64,000 bases of DNA from Podarcis filfolensis (lineage: Eukaryota): assembly GCA_964270895.1 (NCBI GenBank), contig OZ185439.1; one strand, given 5' to 3'. The translations under genes were made by a program, and so were the position numbers. A model generated the notes under the pieces. That model saw only the letters and a list, made by a program, of their open reading frames with translations. It had not been told where the DNA came from and ran no database searches. The first letter of the stretch is position 1. Each line of letters starts with the position of its first letter. Below are positions 1 to 9,470 of this stretch, piece by piece.

Positions 1-850
1 GCAAAACTGTTCTTAAATTAGAGTGTATCAGTCCGGCGGCCCTACCTTCAATTAAAAAGAAGTTACAGCAACTTGACTTCTCTAACACAGCTGCCGATGC
101 AAGAGGGCCGTGTTCAGGCCTAGCCCTAGCTATTCCTCCCCCTGAAGGAATCCCTCTATACTGCTTCACAATTTCTTCGGAGGCTAAGCGAAGGGCCTTT
201 ACTTGTGCCCGTCTCAACTGTTTTCCTACAGCAGTTCTGTCGGGTCGTTATTCCAGAGTCCCCATCGCAAACAGAACATGCACCTGTAATGACACGGCTC
301 TGGAGACTATGGAACATGTAATGCTCTTCTGTCCTAACTGGACAGATGAAAGATCTCGGTTTTTAACGCCTCTCATGAATAAGCTTCATCTCCCAATCCA
401 GCCCTGGATAGTGTCCCTTTTTTTGCAGGATTCTGATTGTTGGATTACCGAGATGGCAGCTAACTTCCTGCTCAGTGTGATGAAGCGGAAAGCGGCATTA
501 ACTTCTTTTTTAACACCACAGCTGCAGTCGATACGCTGCACAATCGAACGAAGTTCCAAGTAGCTTTATTGTACAAGGACAATGGAGCTAGGACAAATCT
601 GGGGAGCTGAAGGACCCCTTCAACGATCCTCCTCCAGCCTCAGCAGTTTTTTGTCTTTTTGTTTCTGTACTATCGGTCACTCGATGTTTTAAATCCTCTG
701 TTGCTTCTGTTATCTCTTTTTTTTTTCTCTCCCTTTAAGTATTTGCCCAGGACGATATCTACCTTTACCTCCCCACCCCCATTTTATGTTGTTATTTCTA
801 TGTATATCATGCTATGGCCACGCGGCTAATGCAATAAAATCTGATTGAAA
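1..850 (+). mobile_element. 3' end of a non-LTR retrotransposon (ORF2 C-terminal zinc knuckle, RTEX-like), 5' part beyond the window
   Basis: Frame open 3-563: RRAFTCARLN...GRY...R-T-C-T-C...ETMEHVMLFCP; pyrimidine-rich 3'UTR ending in AATAAAatctgattg. Clade assignment tentative. Confidence 0.6.
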
Positions 851-1039
851 CAAGCAACCTTGTCCAGAAAAGTGGCAGACTCTCAAAGTGCCCTGTTTTC
901 CAGGGACGTCCCTGATTTAGAGAAGCTGTCCCAGTTTCCCACTTTTCCTTAGGATGTCCCTATTTTTACTGGAGAAATGTTGGAGGGTATGGAGTTATCC
1001 AGCCCCTGAGCTGTCTGAAGGCAATCCTGTATAGGAAAG

Positions 1040-1155
1040 GGTTTTTTTAAACAAAATTTTATATTTTATTATGTTTTTATATAGGTTGGAAGCTGCCCAG
1101 AGTGGCTGGGGCAACCCAGTAAGATGTGTGGAGTATAAATAGAAAAGTTATCATT
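1040..1155 (+). mobile_element. L2 LINE 3' tail fragment
   Basis: gctgcccagagtggctggggcaacccagtaagatg...tataaat tail, also seen near 25030-25080. Confidence 0.55.
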
Positions 1156-2494
1156 ATGGAATGGGGTGTCCCTATTTTCATCAGAGAAATGTTGGAGGGG
1201 TGCATGAAATAATATATTAGAGGGGGATCTTTCCTCTCTCTTTTTACCCTAATGCTTCAAGGACTGATTAGAACTGCAGTAGTCAACATGGTGCCCTCCA
1301 GGTGTTTTGCACTCCAGCCAGCCTGCCTAATGGTCAGGGATGATGGGAGTTGTCACCTACAACATCTTCAGGGTGTCCTGGTTTAGAGTGCACAGTGCAT
1401 GTGTTTCCAAACATGAGATCTAAGAGCACGCCCTAGTTGGTTCAAACAATCTGAGGGACGAGCAAGAAGACATAAATCTGAATCCTTCATGCCAAAATTT
1501 TGGTGCTAGTTTTAGGCATTTAACTCATAAGATGAGTGTTATTCAGACACAGAGCAAACCAAAGTGAAATGGCTTCTCTGGCAATCACCCACCTGTTGCT
1601 AAGGCCCAGGATTTCCTTTTGCCAAACTTCAAGAAGAATCACGGCGTTTGCATCCTTCTCTCTATTGCAGCATCAATGGAGGCATCGCCGCAAAGCCTGC
1701 TGACAGTTGCTTCCCGATTTCTCTTTGTAAGCATCAGCCCTGGGCCAGGACAACATTGTGCGCCGCAGCCAATGCGAACGAGTTGTCACCAGGTTCTTCT
1801 TTCAGCCTTTAAAAAGCCTTTCTCTGCTACCTGGCAATCGGCCCTTCCAAACATTGGTTTGTCTTATCACCAGCACAACACAGCCCATTCATTAGCGAAA
1901 TTCCTTTCAGAGCAGACTACAATGGCTCCTGACAAATTGTTGCTGCCATGTCTGTAAACAAAATCGAAAGTATCAAGGGCTTGGGGTTTGCTGCTGTCCA
2001 GACATCTTTAAAGGAGAAAAAGGAACACCAGCAGGGACCAAATTAATATTTCAGAGTGGAGAGATGCAAATGTGATGCCGAGAGCTGCCAGATCCTTGTT
2101 TCCCATGCCAATGTGACTGTGCAGACAATGAATGTCTGTACCTCAATGTGGGCATGAAGATTTTGATTGAGGGCTTTGCCAACCCATCTTTATCATCAGT
2201 GCAAGGCAGTCTGAAGATGTACGGAGTTTCATAATGGCTACCTTCCCATTTCCCTTTCATAGTATTTGCGCTTACAAAGTGCTTCCGTGGGAATATGCTT
2301 CCGTGGTACATATGCCTGGTGTGTGGTTTTTTTTAAAAAAAATTTTTAATACCTGAATGAAAACGTCTGTAGTTCTGCCAGGCTGTTTCTTTTCCTGATC
2401 TATATCTTGTGCACAAATGGAGACATGGCAGGGAATGTCTGCTGAGTTCTGCTCAAGCTTTGCCTGTCCTTCCACAAATCCCCTTTGACCAACA

Positions 2495-2640
2495 AGGATG
2501 TAGCTCAGTTGGTAGAGCACGAGACATAATCTTTGGGTCATGGGTTTGAGCCCCATGTTGGGCTAGAGATTCCTGCATTGCTGGGGATTGGACTAAATGA
2601 GCCTCTTGGTCCCTTCCAACGCTACAATTCTTTGATTCAA
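2495..2640 (+). mobile_element. tRNA-derived SINE with CR1-type tail
   Basis: A-box tagctcagttggtagagc, B-box-like gggtttgagcccc, tail cctgcattgc...ggtcccttccaac; related copies near 10450-10580 (-), 12165-12300 (+) and 53610-54131 (interrupted). Confidence 0.7.
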
Positions 2641-2726
2641 GGATGGGGAGTCTCATAACTGTCCTCGGACCACATCCTTCCCAGGCTGCGCTTCATCCCA
2701 TGAGTGTTTTTGTCTAGCTGAAGTGT

Positions 2727-3504
2727 CTGATCAGAAGGATGGCGGTTCGAATCCCCACAATGGGGTGAGCTCCTGTTGCTCTGTCCCTGCTCCTGCCAAC
2801 CTAGCAGTTTGAAAGCACATCAAAGTGCAAGTAGATAAATAGGTACTGCTCTGGCGGGAAGGTAAACGGCATTTCCGTGCACTGCTCTGGTTCACCAGAA
2901 GTGGCTTAGTCATGCTGCCACATGACCCGAAAGCTGTCTGCGGACAAATGTCGGCTCCCTCGGCCTATAGAGCGAGATGAGTGTGCAACCCCAGAGTCGT
3001 CCACAACTGGACTTAACTGTCAGGGGTTGTTGTTTAGTCGTTTAGTCGTGTCCGACTCTTCATGACCCATGGACCAGAGCACACCAGGCACTCCTGTCTT
3101 CCACTGCCTCCTGCAGTTTGGTCAAATTCATGCTGGTAGCTTCGAGAACACTGTCCAACCATCTCGTCCTCTGTCGTCCCCTTCTCCTCATACCCTCCAT
3201 CTTTCCCAGCATCAGGGTCTTTTCCAGGGAGTCTTCTCTTCTCATGAGGTGGCCAAAGTACTGGAGCCTCAGCTTCAGGATCTGTCCTTCCAGTGAGCAC
3301 TCAGGGCTGATTTCCTTAAGAATGGAGAGGTTTGATCTTCTTGCAGTCCATGGGACTCTCAAGAGTCTCCTCCAGCACCATAATTCAAAAGCGTCAATTC
3401 TTTGGCGATCAGCCTTCTTTATGGTCCAGCTCTCACTTCCATACATCACTACTGGGAAAACCATGGCTTTAACTATACAGTCAGGGGTCCCTTTACCTTT
3501 ACCT
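2727..3504 (+). mobile_element. Sauria SINE (5'-truncated) interrupted by an antisense BovB fragment
   Basis: Sauria SINE body 2727-3026 resumes at 3480-3504 (tcaggggtccctttacctttacc). Confidence 0.85.
3027..3479 (-). mobile_element. BovB (RTE) LINE 3' fragment
   Basis: ORF 3060-3464 [45 protein letters not shown]; tail cgactaaacaacaa; TSD gtcagggg at 3019-3026 and 3480-3487. Confidence 0.92.
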
Positions 3505-4533
3505 TGCTTGTCTGCATGAAGGATAGAGAGGAGGAGTTTGTGTAGAACTTAGCCTACTGTCCTAAGGTCAAAGGATCAATGGTTGTGATTTCTTGCTTCC
3601 ATGGGCATGTTTCTGCAGTCATTCTTGCCAGGAAACAAGGCAATAGTAAGACATGGTATAATCTGATAATGTAATTCAGTCATTCTCATCAACTTTTTCA
3701 CATGTACTGTATGTCCTCTGCTCTTTGGGTTTATTTGTTTCAAGGCTGTCTGCTGCCTAAGGGTGGGGTGGGGTGGGGGATTGTTCGTGTATTCTTTTTT
3801 AAAAATCATACTGTTCTTTATACTTGTTTATTTGCATATATTGAAAATGCTTAATAAAAATATGCTGCTTCAGCTTCTTTTTACAAAACCAACTTATTTT
3901 AAAAACTGTTAGCAGTTTTTCAGGAGGGCAATCTAGACCTAGAAAATGGAGAGGAAGGGTTAACCAGCTCCTCCACCACTGCTATAAAACTGAGCCCCAC
4001 CCTGCCAGGGCTTTAAGAGAGAACAGAAACTTTGGTTTATGAACACAGAAACTGAGCTGGGTACAAAAGCAGCAGTGGGGCTGAGGAACAGGGCTAGTCT
4101 GGACAGAAGGAAGCACACAGCTAACCGATGTATAATTTTGCAACTGCGTAAAAAACGCATTTCTGGGAAAGTAATCGTGCTGTTTCATTTAGATGCAATG
4201 CAATCTGCACACTTCCTCTGAAAGTGCAAAAAGAAGAAACGAAGATAAAGTAATGAACTCCAATGTAATGAATCTTTACGCCTGTATTCCGTTCAAGGAC
4301 TTGGAGTGATGTTCTAGCCTCACTGCAAATAGCCCAAGAGACACAGTCTACCAAAGTGAGCTTCATGGCTGAATCTATAACTGGGATTTCCTGCCTCTCA
4401 TCTTAATGTCATAGCCTTTGCTGCAATGCACACTGGGTCCAAAATACAAAATTCATTTGTACAGAGTCAATAAGAAAGGCCAGGCAGATAGAAAGCTGCC
4501 TTATACCGAGCCAGATCATTGGACTATCTAGGT

Positions 4534-4786
4534 CAGGGGTCAGCAAACTTTTTCAGCAGGGGGCCGGTCCACTGTTCCTCAGACCTTGTGGGGGGCCAGA
4601 CTATATTTTGGAGAGAGAGAAAATGAACGAATTCCTATGCCCCACAAATAACCCAGAGATGCATTTTAAATAAAAGCACACATTCTACTCATTTAAAAAC
4701 ATGCTGATTCCTGGACCATCCGGGGGCCAGATTTAGAAGGCGATTGGGCCAGATCTGGCCCCCAGGCCTTTGGTTGCCTACCCATG
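4534..4786 (+). mobile_element. hAT-type MITE (CAGGGGT TIR)
   Basis: TIR caggggtcagcaa / ttgcctacccatg; perfect 8-bp TSD atctaggt. Confidence 0.85.
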
Positions 4787-5078
4787 ATCTAGGTTAGCAT
4801 TGCCTGTTCCAACCAGTGTTTCTCCAGGATATCATACAGGTCATTCCCAATTTGGAGATCCCTGGAATTGGCCCTGGTCCCTGCTGCATGCAAAGCTGGT
4901 GCATGGGATAAATCCCAGTTTTTCAATTCAAAATTCATTTCCATTTAATCCATACAAGGAACCCTTTCCTAGATTCCTCTCACACATATTTCAAAAGGGA
5001 CCCTAGCATTTATAAATTCATGTATCATTCAGAAATGATCCATTAAGTGTGTCTATCTGGGCAAAGTATCTCTTAAAT

Positions 5079-5401
5079 CAGGGGTCAGCAACCTTTTTCA
5101 GCTGTGGGCTGGTCCACCATCCCTCAGACCTTGTGGGGATCGGACTATATTTTGAAAAAAAAGAAAATGAACGAATTCCTATTCCCCACAAATAACCCAG
5201 AGACGCATTTTAAATAAAAGCACACATTCTACTCTTATAAAAACACCAGGCAGGCCCCACAAATAACCCCGAGATGAATTTTAAATAACAGGACACATTC
5301 TACTCATGTAAAAACACGCTGATTCCCGGACCGTCCGTGGGACGGATTGAGAAGGCAGTTGGGCCGGATCCGGCCCCCGGGCCTTAGTTTGCCTACCCCT
5401 G
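5079..5401 (+). mobile_element. hAT-type MITE, same family, with an internal duplication
   Basis: TIRs; perfect 8-bp TSD tcttaaat; cccacaaataacc...cacattctactc segment present twice. Confidence 0.85.
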
Positions 5402-6906
5402 TCTTAAATGGACATTGTAGGAGAGTGCAGATCGAAGAAGAGGATAAATATATTCCTCTGCTAAGTTTCTGCTTGAGCTTTAAAGCAGAGAGATACAATT
5501 TATTTTCTCAGGACCTGTAGTTTATTTTGTTTCAAACTTCTTCTGCAACCATATTATGAGGCAAATGATATATTTCTTCATGTTCCCTCAACTGCATGCT
5601 ATTCACATTTACATCACCCATATTTTGCTGTAAAAGTTGTGGGAAATTGTCCATCCATAAATATTTCCCTGTTACAGTTGACAGTAAAATCTGCTATCCT
5701 GGAAAATCCAAAATTCTCAAACACACAAGCCCAATTATATAGCAGTGTGCCCACTTAAAAAAAGAAAGAAAAAAGGTTGTGAAAATCAGCTCTTTTCTTC
5801 CTTGCCCATCATTCCTTGTGTCAGAATGGTGCCTAGTTGGCAGCCATCAAGATGTATTGTAAATCAATGAGGGAAAACTCTGATGAATTGGACAATAGGT
5901 TCAGTTATATCAACATCCAGCTATATCAATCAAAGGCACGTTTTTGTGCTTGGGTGAAAACTTCCACTTAGAGAAGGGCTGTTTTGCTACTCACACCCAA
6001 GTGTTGCACAAGAAAAGTGAAAATAAGTCTTAATATATCATTGTTTGTTCAAGCATTTGAGCAACAGGGCAAGTGGCTATTTTCCTTCCGGTCATGACTC
6101 TTCGGATTAAACACTCTCTTTTCAAAAGTGCCTTCCATATGCTCTCCAAGAAGCTGACAAACAAACTCTGTTACTTATTCCTAGGATTCAGTATCCACAG
6201 GTATAACTGCCTCTGAATATAGATTTTCCATTTTAACTACCTGGAAGTAGCAGGGTTTGAACCCAAGACCTTCTACATGCCAAGCAGATGCCCTCCTAGG
6301 ACAAAGCTTTGGCCCGTCCTTATTTACCAGGCATGGGGACAAGCTTGGTGTGTAATAAATGGAAAGAAAAACAATTATCCTGAGATTGGGGGAAAGGGTG
6401 GAATTCTGGGTGTGCACAGTTGAGAATGCTTTACAAACAACTTGTTTCGTAAAATCTACTTGCGAAATGCCAGGGAACAAAACAAGAACGTTGGGTTTTG
6501 TCCAGATTAATTCCACAACAGTAGAAAGACACATGTTGGCAATTATTAGCAGAGTGATTGTTACCAAAAAAAATTAAAACATGGATTTTCATTTTTATTT
6601 AATGGGAGAGGGCAGGAGAATGGCAAACGTTTTAGACATTGTTGTCGCCTCCACTTTCCCGAAGCTTTGGCTGGGTTAAGGTGGCCATCTGCAGAGCTGC
6701 AGCCTCGGAGTGCTGGCCTGGGACCCATTCCTCGAAGAGCAACAGGTCCTGAGGCTCGTTTCTCTGGTTTTGTGCCAGTATAGCCCAGAAGCCCCAGTTC
6801 TGAACAGAGTTATCTACATGATATTTGAGAGAGGAGGGTGGGGGAGAAGCAGCTTCCCACAGGGCTTGCCTTTCCCCTTGTCCCCTAATATCTCCCCCCT
6901 TTAAAA

Positions 6907-6995
6907 CATAGCTGTCAACGTTTCCCTTTTTTAAAGGAAAATTCCCTTATTCCAAATAGGATTCCTCGCAAGTAAAGGGAAAGTTAACAGCTATG
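6907..6995. mobile_element. About 90-bp hAT-type MITE (CATAGCTGTCAAC TIR)
   Basis: TIRs; TSD ctttaaaa/ctttagaa; second copy at 21194-21283. Confidence 0.75.
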
Positions 6996-7171
6996 CTTTA
7001 GAAATTTAACATGCGGAACAAAGCTCATCACCTCATCATAATATGTTTATTATTATTATTATTATTATTACTACCCTGGTCAGCATGTATGGCTGTATAG
7101 TACTTGCATGTGTGTGAAAGTGTGTGCCATGTATTTCAGCTCTGGGTTGCAAAGAACAGTTAGTTTTACAA

Positions 7172-7209
<38 letters not shown>

Positions 7210-7260
7210 CAAATTCCAGAGGGGCCATCTGGTTAGACTGCAACAGGTTGTAATGGATTA

Positions 7261-7486
7261 CAGTGGTACCTCGGGTTACATATGCTTCAGGTTACAGACT
7301 CCGCTAACCCAGAAATAGTACCTCAGGTTAAGAACTTTGCTTCAGGATGAGAACAGAAATCGTGTTCCGGCAGTGTGGCAGCAGCAGGAGGCCCCATTAG
7401 TTAAAGTGGTGCTTCAGGTTAAGAACAGTTTCAGGTTAAGAACGGACCTCCGGAACGTATTAAGTACTTAACCCGAGGTACCACTG
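7261..7486 (+). mobile_element. Tc1/mariner (Tigger-like) MITE
   Basis: TA|CAGTGGTACCTCGGGTTA...TAACCCGAGGTACCACTG|TA. Confidence 0.88.
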
Positions 7487-8395
7487 TACTCTGAAGTCAT
7501 TTCAGCACCAGGTGGAAAAGAAAATCACCCCAACACCCTCTTTCCCCTTGCTCCTGGCCTGCCGGCTGCCAACCTGTCCTGTATTTTTACCAGAACAAAG
7601 ATGGCAGCCCTATTCTTCCACCAACACCAACCCTGATCTCTCCCTCCCCCCCACACCTCTCTTCTCCCCCAACCTTATACTGTCAAAAACATTAGTGTCT
7701 CACTTTGAATATAACAGATCTCTATAAAGGACTCTATGAACTGAAACCAGAGACATAGTATGTACTTCTGTAACCCAAGAAAATATTTAATAAAAACAAT
7801 GGGGGGGGGAATCCTGGGACTATAGGTCCCATCATCACTGTTGGCTGGGGATGATGGGAGCTGTAGTCCCAATAACATCCTGTTCGCTACCACTCAGCAG
7901 GAGCCCATATCGTTTTCTTGCTATGCTCTCAAGGAAGGATACATATCACTAAAGGCAGATTAATAGTACTTTGAGACTGACTCCACGTGCTTTGTAAATT
8001 TAGAACACATTGCTTGTGGATGATGGGAATTGTAATTTAAAGTGTAAACTACTCAAGGCTGAAGTCATTTTTTTATTTTAAAAAATGCCACTTTGTAAAG
8101 GTTGTTCAGTGAAGTTTGATAAAAAGTTACAACTGCAGTCATTGAAAAAAATCAAGACAAAATGAAACAGAATAACTAAACTATAATGCAAAAGTTAATA
8201 CCTTTATTAGGACTTATCGGTTTAGGCTGTTACCCTAACCTACTTCCAGTGCGTACCGTTTTACACTTGAGACTATTTAAACTCATGAATGTTATTCTAT
8301 TGCTGTATTTATTAGGGTTTACAAATTAAGTGAGCGTGTCAGATGCAACCTATAGTGGGGTGACTCTTGATAGTGTAATGGGGTAATATATAAAA

Positions 8396-8749
8396 GGGAC
8401 ATGGGTGGTGTTGTGGGTTAAACCACAGAGCCTAGCATTTGCTGATCAGAAGGTCGGTGGTTCGAATCCCCGCAACGGGGTGAGCTCCTGTTGCTCGGTC
8501 CCTGCTCCTGCCAACCTAGCAGTTCGAAAGCACATCAAGTGCAAGTAGATAAATAGGTACTGCTCTGGCAGGAAGGTAAACAGTGTTTCCGTGCACTGCT
8601 CTGGTTCGCCAGAAGCAGCTTAGTCATGCTGGCCACATGACTCGGAAGCTGTACACCGGCTCCCTCGGCCAATAAAGCGAGATGAGCGCCGCAACCCCAG
8701 AGTCGGCCACGACTGGACCTAATGGTCAGGGGTCCCTTTACCTTTACCT
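8396..8749 (+). mobile_element. Full-length Sauria SINE just upstream of the RARRES1 promoter
   Basis: tRNA-like head with B-box ggttcgaatcc, BovB-like tail, (cttttac)-type terminal repeat; approximate TSD tatataaaa. Confidence 0.9.
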
Positions 8750-9209
8750 ATATTATATAAAAGTGAACAAGAAACAAAGGAAGCAGCTAAATAAATATTG
8801 GAAGGTGCACTGAGGCCTTTTTAAAGCAGCTGCTGGCTCCTAGTGTGTATGTCTATTGGAAATAACCAAATCCAACAGGTGGCTCTTCCTCTGGAAAGGC
8901 AGGATGATATTAAACCATGTTGTCGTTTGGGCGGAAAGGGGTCGCTGGGCTCCTTCCCCTTTCCCGAGAATCCGCCCCGGCCCTCCCAGGCGCGGGTCAC
9001 GCTGCCCTACTCGACGCCCCCGTCGAGGGGAGCGGAAGGCCGCAGGGCGTGGGCGCTGCTGCGAAGGGCGCCTCCTCCCGTCTGGGGCCGGAGCCAGGCG
9101 GCGGGGAGGAGGCGGGACCGGCTTCCGGAGAGGGGAAGCCCGCACTATTTGTACTTGGTCTGCCGCTCCGGCTCAGTCACTCGCTCGCCTCCTCCTGCCG
9201 GGGAAGAAG

Positions 9210-9302
9210 ATGCTGCGCTCGGAGACGACCCTCGTCTTGGCGGCGCTGCTCGCGCTGTTCTGGCCCTCGGGAGGCGACCCGGCCCCTCCGAAAGCGCTCT
9301 GG

Positions 9303-9334
<32 letters not shown>

Positions 9335-9470
9335 CTTTCGGCTGTCGCTGAACCCTTACACCGCGCTGGCCCGCCGGCCCGCGCAGACGGCCCTCGACTT
9401 CTTCAACTACCTGCAGAGCTCGCCCAGCTCTCTGCGGAGTCTGGCGTACGTCAAGAAGGCGTCCGCCAAG
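9210..9470 (+). CDS. RARRES1: RARRES1 exon 1 (signal peptide, Q9 tract, start of cystatin domain 1)
   Basis: ATG 9210; [22 protein letters not shown]...KKASAK; donor AAG|GTAAGG at 9471. Confidence 0.9.

Noticed and set aside
1619-2311. ORFs of 112 and 86 aa upstream of RARRES1, considered as exons of a neighbouring gene such as MFSD1
   Set aside because: No recognisable homology or coherent splice structure.
2495-2560. tRNA-like A/B boxes (also 8396, 12170)
   Set aside because: SINE heads attached to CR1- or BovB-derived tails; no intact cloverleaf, so not tRNA genes.
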